NCBI GenBank assembly: GCA_035555915.1
Contig: DATMGC010000151.1
Span: 386-64,385, forward strand
Reading direction: 5' to 3'
From: Ureibacillus sp.
Lineage (GTDB): Bacteria > Bacillota > Bacilli > Bacillales_A > Planococcaceae
Length of the DNA: 64,000 nt
The notes below the pieces were generated by a model. It was not told where the DNA came from. It saw only the letters and a program-made list of their open reading frames with translations, and searched no databases. This document shows positions 33,606-43,014 of the stretch, in pieces (position 1 is the first letter of the stretch; every line of letters begins with the position of its first letter). The translations under genes and the position numbers were made by a program.

Positions 33606-34496
33606 TTATACTAAAGAATATAAAGATCTAGCATGTTTTGCAATCAAGCTAAAGCCTTTACTTTCAAGACGTTCAAATGTTTCTTGTGCATAATCCCCTA
33701 ATACGAGCTGTTCTAGGTTAGCGTTAATTTGCATTTCTCTTTGGATTTTAGCTAACTGATGAGATAGCTTCAACATTTCAAGATTTTCACTGATTTTATT
33801 TCGTTGTGCTGGTTTTAGGGCATCTAGATTTTCCAATACACCGTGAATCGATCCGTAGTTTTGAATTAGTTGTAACGCTGTTTTTGGCCCAATACCCTTT
33901 ACCCCTGGATATCCATCACTCGTATCCCCCATAAATGCTTTAACATCAGCAAATTTGTAAGGTTCGATTAAGTATTCTTCTTTGAAACGTTCTTCTGTAT
34001 AGTTGTCATACTCGGAATATCCTTTTTTCGTAAAGGCTATTTGCGTTGCAGGATTAAGTAATTGCAGCAGATCCTTATCGCCTGAAATAACCGTAATCGA
34101 AGACTCATCTTTCCACTTTTCAATCATGGAACCAATCATATCGTCTGCTTCCATCCCGACTTCTCCAAAATTTTTCCAGCCAATCATTTCAGAGACCTCT
34201 TTAGCCATATCGAATTGGGGTAGCATCTCTTCAGGTGGTGCCGGGCGGTTTGCTTTATAGCCATCGAAGATTTCATTGCGGAATGTTTGTGAACCCATAT
34301 CCCAACATACAGCTAAATGTGTTGGTTTATAAATCGATTGTGCCGTTAATACATGTCTGGCAAATCCTTGTACTCCGTTTGTCGGTGTCCCATCTGCTAA
34401 ACGAATATAATGCCCCATTGCACTTGAGGCAAAGAAGGAACGAAATAATAAGGCCATCCCATCTACTATTAAAAGATGCGGTTTATTTGTCATCAT
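33606..34496 (-). CDS. 5'-3' exonuclease / flap endonuclease (YpcP/ExnP-like)
   Basis: LLIVDGMALLFR, EADDMIG, GDKDLLQL, GDTSDGYPGVKGIG. Confidence 0.92.
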   Translation of the reverse strand: MMTNKPHLLIVDGMALLFRSFFASSAMGHYIRLADGTPTNGVQGFARHVLTAQSIYKPTHLAVCWDMGSQTFRNEIFDGYKANRPAPPEEMLPQFDMAKEVSEMIGWKNFGEVGMEADDMIGSMIEKWKDESSITVISGDKDLLQLLNPATQIAFTKKGYSEYDNYTEERFKEEYLIEPYKFADVKAFMGDTSDGYPGVKGIGPKTALQLIQNYGSIHGVLENLDALKPAQRNKISENLEMLKLSHQLAKIQREMQINANLEQLVLGDYAQETFERLESKGFSLIAKHARSLYSLV

Positions 34497-34620
34497 GAAA
34501 AATCCTCTCTAAATCTAGTGTACTTATTATATCAAAACTATCGTGCCATTAGATGACAATTAAATTGTTAATTAATTCGTATATCCCACTACTTTAGTAG
34601 AATTGAGAATATTTTCTTTC

Positions 34621-35352
34621 CTAATAACTAAGTCGTTTTTTCAATCCTTTTAAATTAAGTTGTAAAAGCATCTGGCTAAAAAAGGACTTGGAGATATAGC
34701 CTGAGAAGACCGTTACTAGCTTTCCATCAAAGGCTTCTTTCAATTGCTCCAATTTTGTTAACTCTTTAATATCACCAAAATCGTATATTTTATATCCTTC
34801 ATCACAAAAGTGTTTCATATTTTCACAACATAAAAAATAATTTGCACCTTGTTTAGTACTCATTTCGGTTAAATCATGGATGTCATTATACAATGCCATG
34901 ACCATCTCTTTTCCAACAACATAAGCTCGATAATAAATAGATTCCTTTTGTTCATTTTCAACCTTTGTTAGGATTAAGCCACCTTGCTCTCGGAGAAGCT
35001 TCATCGTTTGTATATCAAAATTGCTTAGTTTTCGAGCGTTCATTTGTTTTGCCTTTTCGTTATAAAATTGTTGGAATTCTTCAATTTCCTTGTCGGTTGG
35101 ATGAGTGAATCTAGATATGTTCCAATTTTCGTTTATAAGGTGAATCTCTTTACCAGACACATACGGAAATATATCTGGTTCGTATTGTTTTAAATCAATA
35201 TGAAGAGTCTTCTTCCCATGAAGCTTGCGACTTGGTTTTAAAATATGCGTATAACATACAATCTTCGGTTCATATCTACTGTCGTACTTAAATTCTTGAA
35301 AATAAACCTGATCAAGTGGCAAAGCAAATAATTTTCTACTAATTAGTAACAC
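34621..35352 (-). CDS. Hypothetical protein, possible GNAT/FemAB-like fold
   Basis: KTLHIDL and C-terminal YKIYDFG..KEAFDG pattern resembling FemAB-like proteins; GTG after AGGAG. Confidence 0.45.
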   Translation of the reverse strand: MLLISRKLFALPLDQVYFQEFKYDSRYEPKIVCYTHILKPSRKLHGKKTLHIDLKQYEPDIFPYVSGKEIHLINENWNISRFTHPTDKEIEEFQQFYNEKAKQMNARKLSNFDIQTMKLLREQGGLILTKVENEQKESIYYRAYVVGKEMVMALYNDIHDLTEMSTKQGANYFLCCENMKHFCDEGYKIYDFGDIKELTKLEQLKEAFDGKLVTVFSGYISKSFFSQMLLQLNLKGLKKRLSY

Positions 35353-35616
35353 GAACTGTCACTCCTTTATTCCACTATTTTTATATTATGAATGAATGCA
35401 AAACTATTAATCACTATCACAAAATAAATTTATCCGTTCATCTAATAGATTTGTCAATATCGTAAACACTAAGAATTGTAAAAGGAAAATATTTTACAAG
35501 TATAATTTTTGTTATAAAATAATACGAAAAATATTTCCTAGGGAATAAATCATCTACCGCATAACGCTTGTCAGGATATGTTTTTATCAAAAATAGAGCC
35601 GATTTTCACGATGCTT

Positions 35617-35670
35617 TTAAACTATAGTTTTAATGGATTCTGTATACCATTTATCATAGGCATTCTCCAT
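35617..35670 (-). CDS. Possible 17-aa small ORF MENAYDKWYTESIKTIV
   Basis: GGGAGG RBS 7 nt before ATG in an otherwise empty ~500-bp intergenic region. Confidence 0.25.
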   Translation of the reverse strand: MENAYDKWYTESIKTIV

Positions 35671-35856
35671 TCCTATCCCTCCCCCAAAAATTACTTTGAT
35701 AGATTACCTAATAGAGTGCTTAATAGTTTTTATGGATAATTCTGTTAGACCTATTAATCTAAGTATTAACAAAAACTTCAATTATATTCCTTAATAAGGA
35801 AAAACATTTAGGGTTTTAACAATAAAAAAAGAACCCTTTCCAGAGAAAGAGTTCTA

Positions 35857-37845
35857 TTATTCATTCCGTTTCATATCTCGAATGGCTTGTATAGACAATC
35901 GAACAAGTAAAACAGCGCACAAAAACAAACCAAAATAAGCAGCTATATTTAAGTAAATTGCATAAGCCATGTTTACGAATTGAGATATTGCTAATAAAGC
36001 AACGGAGATTACTCCAAATGTAATACCTACAAATAGTAAAACGAATCTAGAAAATAACTGTGTGATGAATTTCGTATTATTTTTGTCTGAGAAAATATCA
36101 TGATGTAAGATAACTTTTCCATCTTCAACCCGTTTGAACATCTGGTCTACTCTTCGAGGAATTTTTCTTAAGTTTGGTAATAGTAATGCTAGTTCCTCTT
36201 CTAATTTTTGTTTTGCCACACGTGGTTCCACAAAAGGTTTTTTCAACGAAAGTTTCAAAAAAGTATTTGAATAAATTTTTGCTTCTTCAAATATGTTAAA
36301 GTTTCTATCAATAATACGTAAAGTCCCATCCAATGTAACAATGACACGTAATGCAAGACTAACAGACGGATAGAATTGTAAACCAAAATCTCGAATAACG
36401 GAGAAAATCGAATAAACAATCTCATCTGTTCGAATCCGTTCCACATAAGAGATTCTTAAAATAATCTGACCGATTGCTTGCTCTAATTCAAGACGATCTA
36501 CATCACTCCGATTTTTGACTAATAACGAAATCCCGTCAAATAAAATAGAAGCATCACTCTGTTGAATACCAATGAAAAAGAGTTTTAACCCTTCTTGTTG
36601 AGAGGCAGATAATCGACAAACAGCGCCAAAATCTAATAATGTAATCTCTTTATTTGCTACATCATAATAAATATTTCCAGGATGTGGATCAGCATGGAAA
36701 ATTCCAGATACTAAGGCTTGCTCTAGATAAGAAAAGAGTAAGGTTTCAGCAATATCATGACGATTCACCACTTTTTCCAGGGGTAGGTTCGCCACACTCG
36801 TTCCCTGTCCCAAATCCATTACAAGAATATTTTCATTACTATATTCTTCATAGACTTTTGGGATATTCACCTTTAACATACTTTTCTTCAAGACATTATT
36901 TATCTGTGTCATGTTTCGGGCTTCTATTTTAAAATCAATCTCTTCTCTCAAAGAAGTAGCAAATCCTTCAGCTAAATCCCTGAACCCTAAACTTTCAGCC
37001 CATTGTGATTTACTAGTTATCCAATTTGCAAATTCCATTAAAATACTTAAATCTTCCCGCATGATAACTTTCACATCAGGACGTAACAATTTTACAACGA
37101 CTTGATGATTTGTTTCTCGTAAAATCGCTTTATGTACTTGACCAATAGAAGCTGCTGCAATAGGTGTCATGTTAAAAGTAGAGAATACTTCATTCACTTC
37201 ACCATGTAGATTTTGTTTTAAGATTTCTTGCACTTGTTCTTCTGAAAGTGTCGTGACATTTTGTTGTAACTTTTCTAATTCTTCTATAAAAATTGGTGAA
37301 AATAATTCTTTTCTTGTAGAAAGTACTTGTCCGAATTTTATAAAGATGCCCCCACATTGCTCCAATGTCTCCCTTAAAGCAATGGCCAGCTCCCGATCAG
37401 AATCTCGATTTCTAGCATACTTCACTGTTCTTGTAATGCCATTGGTTACAGCAATTTTGAAAACAGTTCGTAGTCGTTTTTGATGTCTCCAATAGCCTAT
37501 CAATTTTTTAATTAGTGATTTTTTGCCTGTATGACGACCCGTTTTTTCATCGAATTCCAAAGGCTCAAAAAGTTCAAAGAATAAATAGATTAACATGGAA
37601 ATGAGCAACATGCTTCCAATCCACAGTATTGTCGCAACATTGACTACACTATTTACGGTACTAAAGGAATTTTCTGTTCCTTTTAAATACGTATACCAAT
37701 AAATAAAGGTTGTAAAAGAAACACTAATAAAAACAGAAAGGATTCTCTTTATGAGATTGACGCTAGGGCCAATTAGTCGACCACTTATAAAAAAGATAAA
37801 TATGGTAACGAGTACTATTAAAAGGATTGGTTTAATGAATGTCAT
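35857..37845 (-). CDS. AarF/ABC1/UbiB-family atypical kinase, membrane-anchored
   Basis: FIKFGQVLSTR, AAASIGQVHKA, VVKLLRP, HADPHPGN, LLDFG. Confidence 0.92.
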   Translation of the reverse strand: MTFIKPILLIVLVTIFIFFISGRLIGPSVNLIKRILSVFISVSFTTFIYWYTYLKGTENSFSTVNSVVNVATILWIGSMLLISMLIYLFFELFEPLEFDEKTGRHTGKKSLIKKLIGYWRHQKRLRTVFKIAVTNGITRTVKYARNRDSDRELAIALRETLEQCGGIFIKFGQVLSTRKELFSPIFIEELEKLQQNVTTLSEEQVQEILKQNLHGEVNEVFSTFNMTPIAAASIGQVHKAILRETNHQVVVKLLRPDVKVIMREDLSILMEFANWITSKSQWAESLGFRDLAEGFATSLREEIDFKIEARNMTQINNVLKKSMLKVNIPKVYEEYSNENILVMDLGQGTSVANLPLEKVVNRHDIAETLLFSYLEQALVSGIFHADPHPGNIYYDVANKEITLLDFGAVCRLSASQQEGLKLFFIGIQQSDASILFDGISLLVKNRSDVDRLELEQAIGQIILRISYVERIRTDEIVYSIFSVIRDFGLQFYPSVSLALRVIVTLDGTLRIIDRNFNIFEEAKIYSNTFLKLSLKKPFVEPRVAKQKLEEELALLLPNLRKIPRRVDQMFKRVEDGKVILHHDIFSDKNNTKFITQLFSRFVLLFVGITFGVISVALLAISQFVNMAYAIYLNIAAYFGLFLCAVLLVRLSIQAIRDMKRNE

Positions 37846-37874
37846 TCCCTACACTCGCTTTCTCTTATCGATTT

Positions 37875-38321
37875 CTATTCAGCTATTGTGCAATCTACTG
37901 TAACTACTACATTACCTCTTAATGCTCTACTGATCATGCAACTTTCTTCCGCTTTTAATGCTAACCGTTCAGCAATTCTCTTATTTGAATCACTTACTTC
38001 CTGCAAAGTTATTTCAATATGATGGATTATTTTCTTATATGTAAAAACATTATTTTCGACTTGTACTATACCTTCTGATTGTAGAGAAAGGCGGCTCTTT
38101 ACATTTGAACGCTCCAGCATTGCTGCTAACGAAATAATATAACAACTCGCCGCTGCGCTTAATAGTAATTCATCAGGATTTGTTCCTATACCTGGTCCTC
38201 CCATTTCGCTAGGAATTGACATCGTGGTTTTCAATTTTTCACAGTGAATTTCTCCTGTATCATTTCTTCCACCATCCCAGCTCGTTTGAAGTTTAAAAAT
38301 GTGTTCTACGCTATTAGCCAT
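37875..38321 (-). CDS. OsmC/Ohr family protein
   Basis: GTNPDELLLSAAASCY, second Cys in AEESCMIS; start re-assigned after AAGGAG. Confidence 0.88.
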   Translation of the reverse strand: MANSVEHIFKLQTSWDGGRNDTGEIHCEKLKTTMSIPSEMGGPGIGTNPDELLLSAAASCYIISLAAMLERSNVKSRLSLQSEGIVQVENNVFTYKKIIHHIEITLQEVSDSNKRIAERLALKAEESCMISRALRGNVVVTVDCTIAE

Positions 38322-38500
38322 TTCTTTCCACTCCTTTCCCCTAACTATACCATTCAATACATTCTGATGATAATTAAAAACTATACTATTCATAGATAAA
38401 TGAATGATTTAATGCCTATTTACTATAAATAACGAAAGGACCCACATAAAGTGAATCCCTTTAGTAAAAAACAATATTTTATTTCATGATAAGCCCGCTT

Positions 38501-39274
38501 TTAATCTTCTAACTGTATTGTTTTTGTTGTTAAATTTGAAGTCAATCCAACTGAATGTACGATAATTTCTTTTGAACCTTTTGTAAAGACAACTCCATGT
38601 AGCTGACCTCGTTCAAAAATAGCTCCCCCACCATCAATCCCCAATTTCTTTCGGCAAGGGGATACCCAGACATTACTTGATTTATCCTCATTTAATAAAA
38701 CTGTTGGTGTGTGTCCAAAAACAACAATTTCCTTCGCCTTATGTGGAGCATTATAGAACTCTTCTCGAATCCAATAAAAATCTTCTTCTTTTGTATTACG
38801 GAAATTTTCTTCTTTTGAAGAAATCCCTGCATGGACAAAAAGGAATGGACCCCATAGATAAAAGCGACGTAAGCCCTTCATAAAGCTCACGATTTTTGAC
38901 TGTTCTTTTTGAATCTTTGTTGTAACCTCTTTCACAGAAAAATTGTCGGAGGCAATATTCAGATTAGGATCATTGCATATGCTTTGTATCGTAGCAGCTC
39001 CCCCAACTTTTGGATTAAAATAAAATTCAGAAATTTCTTCTGGTTTATCAAGCCATCCTAAAAATAACTGTTCATGATTTCCACTTAATGTGACAACATC
39101 GTAATCATCCGCTAATTGTATGACTTTTTGTAATACCTTTAAACTATCGGGTCCCCGATCAATGTAATCACCAAGGAAGACTAGTTGTTCTTCTTTTGGA
39201 TTCCATTTTGTTAATATCGATTCCAATAAACTATAACCACCATGTATGTCGCCTATTACAAAAACTTTATCCAA
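38501..39274 (-). CDS. Metallophosphoesterase (PPP Ser/Thr phosphatase-like)
   Basis: GDIHG, GDYIDRG, GNHE, FVHAG, FGHTP, GIDGG. Confidence 0.9.
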   Translation of the reverse strand: MDKVFVIGDIHGGYSLLESILTKWNPKEEQLVFLGDYIDRGPDSLKVLQKVIQLADDYDVVTLSGNHEQLFLGWLDKPEEISEFYFNPKVGGAATIQSICNDPNLNIASDNFSVKEVTTKIQKEQSKIVSFMKGLRRFYLWGPFLFVHAGISSKEENFRNTKEEDFYWIREEFYNAPHKAKEIVVFGHTPTVLLNEDKSSNVWVSPCRKKLGIDGGGAIFERGQLHGVVFTKGSKEIIVHSVGLTSNLTTKTIQLED

Positions 39275-39541
39275 TTACACGCACCCCATTTAAATAAACA
39301 AGCATAATAAATTTTACGGTAAAACTTAAAAAAGTCACCCTTAAGTCTCATTATTCACTCTATTCTAACTATATCATATTCAATTGGAAAATTTTTAATA
39401 TCTATGTAAATAGTAGAACTAAAATAAGAAATAAGGTATATATATACGCTAGTTATAACAGTCTGGTTTTATTAAGTTCCCAAAAAGTCGTGAAATATCT
39501 TGACTTCCAACATCAAAATTTCTTTTTTTTTAATATATGTC

Positions 39542-39570
39542 TAGACAATCCTATAATTACCTTGTATAAT
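39542..39570 (+). promoter_or_regulatory. SigA promoter of csp gene
   Basis: TAGACA-17-TATAAT; implies ~145-nt 5'UTR. Confidence 0.7.
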
Positions 39571-39606
39571 AAAGCTTATAATAATTATATTGCTTCATAT
39601 CTAATG

Positions 39607-39670
39607 AATTCACATGTTACAAAAAGTAATCGTGAACGTTCGGTACTTTTTGTAATGTGTGAATTTTTTT
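39607..39670 (+). promoter_or_regulatory. Long hairpin + U-tract in csp 5'UTR
   Basis: 22-bp stem AATTCACATGTTACAAAAAGTA/TACTTTTTGTAATGTGTGAATT with two G-U pairs on + strand. Confidence 0.6.
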
Positions 39671-39723
39671 ATAGTATTTTGAAGTAATTAATTATTGATT
39701 AAATTTTTTGGAGGTCTATTATT

Positions 39724-39924
39724 ATGACACAAGGTACAGTAAAATGGTTTAACTCAGAAAAAGGTTTTGGATTTATCGAAGTTGAAGGTGGAAACGACGT
39801 ATTCGTACACTTCTCTGCAATCCAAGGCGAAGGTTTCAAAACTTTAGAAGAAGGTCAAAAAGTTGAATTCTCAGTTGAAGAAGGAAACCGTGGACCACAA
39901 GCTTCTAACGTAACTAAACTATAA
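39724..39924 (+). CDS. Cold-shock protein (CspA family)
   Basis: [12 protein letters not shown] (RNP1), VFVHF (RNP2). Confidence 0.97.
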   Translation: MTQGTVKWFNSEKGFGFIEVEGGNDVFVHFSAIQGEGFKTLEEGQKVEFSVEEGNRGPQASNVTKL

Positions 39925-39934
39925 TTTGAAGCTC

Positions 39935-39968
39935 AAAGGGCAATCTCAGTTATGAGATTGCCCTTTTT
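39935..39968 (+). terminator. Terminator after csp
   Basis: GGGCAATCTCA/TGAGATTGCCC + T7. Confidence 0.88.
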
Positions 39969-41561
39969 TTAATTATTAAATATTTGCTTGATTAAGCTGT
40001 AATACTCTGACTGTGTTGCACACGAAATATCGTCATTTCCCCACTTTTTACAATTGTTCATAATTGTTTCAAACGAACTAGGTTTACTAATTAAGTAGCC
40101 TTGTACCGCATCGCATTCACTATTAAGTAAATAATTAAATTGCTCCATTGTTTCTACCCCTTCAGCAACAACATTTAGTTTTAAATGTTTCGCCATTGAG
40201 ATAATTAAGTCAACTAATGGTTCATGTTCATGCTCATTCATGTTATTGACAAATTCACGATCTATTTTCAAACAATCAATTGGTAAATCTTTTAAATAAG
40301 ATAAGGATGAGTATCCTTTCCCGAAATCATCTAAAGCAATGGTTACCCCTAATGCTTTTAAATCATGTAAAATTGGCATTAAAAAGTTTTTATCCATCGT
40401 CATCGTTTCTGTTATTTCCAGTTGTAAACTTTCTGGAGATAGTTTTGTTTCATTTAAAATTGTACTTACGATTTGAACAAAATTTTCATGGAATAGTTGA
40501 CCAAGTGATAAGTTAACTGCAACCGTAACTGGTTGATTTATCCTCTGTTGTAGTTCCTTTGTTTGTCGACAAGCTGTTTCTAGTACCCATTTTCCAATCG
40601 GAACAATTAAACCCGACTCTTCTGCAATTGGGATAAAGTCTGACGGAGGAATTAACCCTTTATTTGGATGCTTCCAACGGACAAGAGCTTCCATAGCTAT
40701 ATTATGCTTTGTTTTTAATTTTAACTGTGGCTGATATTGTAGAAACAATTCGTTGTTTTGGATTGCTTGGTATAAATCTTTTTCTAACAGTAGTTGTTCT
40801 TCACGAACACATGACATGGAGGGCTCATAAAAAGAAAATTGTTCTGGTACTTTTCTTGCTTCGTACAGAGCAAATTGAGCACATTTCATTAAATATTCCG
40901 CTGACTCTGCATCTTCAGGGTAATAGGCAATTCCTATATTCACGGTAATATTGAGAGAGAAATGTTGAATGCTAAATGGTCTCTCCATCAGCTCAATAAG
41001 CTGCTTACTAAGACTAAGAAAATCCTCTTTTTCAATTTTACTTTCTATTAAGATTAAAAATTGATCCTCTTGTAATTTTCCAATTGTATGATGAGGAAAT
41101 AACTTTTGTAATCGTTCTGCTATTAACTCTAGCATTCGGTTTGTATAAAATGACCCCAAAGAACTTTTTAATGTTGTTAATCGATCCACTTCAAAAACTA
41201 AAATTGCTTTCCTTGATTGATCTTTGCGTAAATGTTCGTTTATTTTTTTCAATAAAAACCGTTCATTTGGTAGCTTTGTAACTTCATCATAGTAAGACAT
41301 AAAATGTTTTTCTTTTTCTGAATCCGTTAATTTTTGTTCTGTATCCTGTAATGTTTTAATAGTACCTTTATATATCGAGTTAATACAAATCGCTAAATAT
41401 AGCAATAAAATAATAACAATAGTGAAGATCATTCCAATTGAAAATGAATTCAATTCTGAAAATATTAGAATACTAACTAAAGCAAGGGCTATTAATCCAA
41501 TTGCTACATAGACAATATTTCTTCTATAAAGGTAAGAATAATTTTCATTTGTATTCATCAT
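39969..41561 (-). CDS. Membrane-anchored GGDEF(degenerate)-EAL protein, probable c-di-GMP phosphodiesterase
   Basis: Two N-terminal TM segments; GGDEF replaced by QEDQF; [20 protein letters not shown] retained. Confidence 0.88.
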   Translation of the reverse strand: MMNTNENYSYLYRRNIVYVAIGLIALALVSILIFSELNSFSIGMIFTIVIILLLYLAICINSIYKGTIKTLQDTEQKLTDSEKEKHFMSYYDEVTKLPNERFLLKKINEHLRKDQSRKAILVFEVDRLTTLKSSLGSFYTNRMLELIAERLQKLFPHHTIGKLQEDQFLILIESKIEKEDFLSLSKQLIELMERPFSIQHFSLNITVNIGIAYYPEDAESAEYLMKCAQFALYEARKVPEQFSFYEPSMSCVREEQLLLEKDLYQAIQNNELFLQYQPQLKLKTKHNIAMEALVRWKHPNKGLIPPSDFIPIAEESGLIVPIGKWVLETACRQTKELQQRINQPVTVAVNLSLGQLFHENFVQIVSTILNETKLSPESLQLEITETMTMDKNFLMPILHDLKALGVTIALDDFGKGYSSLSYLKDLPIDCLKIDREFVNNMNEHEHEPLVDLIISMAKHLKLNVVAEGVETMEQFNYLLNSECDAVQGYLISKPSSFETIMNNCKKWGNDDISCATQSEYYSLIKQIFNN

Positions 41562-41604
41562 TATCCCCCCAACATTCTTATATCAATATAACTAATCAAA
41601 TTAA

Positions 41605-41637
41605 AAATTTCATAGGTAAATAGAAATAATGAAATTT
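41605..41637. promoter_or_regulatory. Candidate Rgg operator upstream of EAL gene
   Basis: Perfect AAATTTCAT-N15-ATGAAATTT; on minus strand the ATGAAA arm is 17 nt before TATATT. Confidence 0.55.
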
Positions 41638-41711
41638 CTTTCTAGTAGTTACTTTTTATTTAAACTTAATTAGGGGGGGATATAATCTTTTGTACACTAT
41701 TTTATACTTCT

Positions 41712-42590
41712 TCAGTTATCTGATTTTTTTCCAACTTTATTCAATAAATCCTCTAAATCCGCTTTGTATTTACGATAGATATTTTCGTGCCCTAAAGTTT
41801 GAAAAATTGTAAAGGCACGATTACATTTCTCCATGCCCTCGGGGATTGAATTCTCAACAATATCTAGCATACCTTCGTAATAGATAATGAGTGTCTGCTC
41901 GAAGAAATCGGAAACTTTCCTATAATATTTTTTAGTTGCATCTAATACAACCTTAGAATATTGAAAGCCATCGTTTTTAAAACTACATTCTAAAAGGTTA
42001 AAGAACAAATAGCTTAACATATTTTTATCTAAATTTAAGCCTTTATATTTATCTGCACGATTTAATAAATTTTTCGTCATTAAAAAGGCTGTTTCAGGAG
42101 GAAATAAGATAAGAAAATTGTTTAATATAACTAACTCGTGGTAACACCACTCATCCATACTTAAGAGATAATCTGTAATTTCCTTAATATATTCTTTATT
42201 GATTTTATTTGGATCTAAATCATTCTCCATGCAATCGCAAAGAATAAATAAATGCCTTAGGAAAAGGTCCCCGCTTTGCTCGTATTGTTTATTAACTTTC
42301 TCTTTGATAATTGATATTTCTTCCTTATTACCTGCATAAAACAATTCAATTACTTTATTAAATTCATCCATTTTAGATGATTTTTTATAATCATTTTTTA
42401 TGTAAAAAAATTCATTATACGTGACATTACAATATTCAAGAATTTCCGTTAATTTATCGGAAGAAATACTATTCTTCCCTGATTCTATTCTTGCTATATA
42501 GGGACGTGTCATTCCGATTGCATTTGCTAATTCTTGTTGTGTGATTTTTTTATTTGTACGAATATATTTAATAACCTGTCCTATTTCCAT
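41712..42590 (-). CDS. Rgg/GadR/MutR-family transcriptional regulator
   Basis: N-terminal XRE HTH; ITDYLLSMDEWCYHELVILNN matches the Rgg C-terminal domain pattern; 292 aa. Confidence 0.82.
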   Translation of the reverse strand: MEIGQVIKYIRTNKKITQQELANAIGMTRPYIARIESGKNSISSDKLTEILEYCNVTYNEFFYIKNDYKKSSKMDEFNKVIELFYAGNKEEISIIKEKVNKQYEQSGDLFLRHLFILCDCMENDLDPNKINKEYIKEITDYLLSMDEWCYHELVILNNFLILFPPETAFLMTKNLLNRADKYKGLNLDKNMLSYLFFNLLECSFKNDGFQYSKVVLDATKKYYRKVSDFFEQTLIIYYEGMLDIVENSIPEGMEKCNRAFTIFQTLGHENIYRKYKADLEDLLNKVGKKSDN

Positions 42591-42660
42591 TACATACGCC
42601 CCTCTCTCACTGTGTATAATATAGTTTACAAGACTACCTTATTTTAACTCTTTCTAGTAC

Positions 42661-42689
42661 AATTTCATTATATTAAATTTCTTATGAAA
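42661..42689. promoter_or_regulatory. Candidate Rgg operator between rgg and peptide gene
   Basis: AATTTCAT-N15-ATGAAA, same arms and spacing as the site at 41605. Confidence 0.55.
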
Positions 42690-42702
42690 GGAATGAACGA
42701 CT

Positions 42703-42810
42703 TTGAAAAAGAATTTTTCTATCATTAAATTAGCAATTATTGCTGCTGCTCTTTTTGTCACTACTACTCCAGAAATTAAACCTCTAGTTTGGTTAATTGG
42801 ATACGAGTAA
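42703..42810 (+). CDS. 35-aa putative signalling pre-peptide MKKNFSIIKLAIIAAALFVTTTPEIKPLVWLIGYE
   Basis: AAAGGA RBS, TTG start, basic N-terminus + hydrophobic core, divergent from rgg, own terminator; missed by ORF track. Confidence 0.72.
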   Translation: MKKNFSIIKLAIIAAALFVTTTPEIKPLVWLIGYE

Positions 42811-42884
42811 ACTTCAATCAATTTTATCTATTAAATACTTCTAGTTAATACTTGTCTTTTAACTACCAGTCTGTAATTGTTATT

Positions 42885-42909
42885 CCTCCTTTTAATAGGA
42901 GGTTTTTTT
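42885..42909 (+). terminator. Terminator after peptide gene
   Basis: CCTCCT/AGGAGG stem + T7. Confidence 0.65.
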
Positions 42910-42946
42910 ATTCCTAGCTCTCATGGACTAATTATAAATATAAGAT

Positions 42947-42980
42947 AAAAACCGCGCCATGATTATGCCTAACGCGGTTT
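42947..42980 (-). terminator. Terminator after chemoreceptor gene
   Basis: AAACCGCG/CGCGGTTT. Confidence 0.6.
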
Positions 42981-43014
42981 AATTTAATTATTTTAAACTA
43001 TTTAACATTCACTT

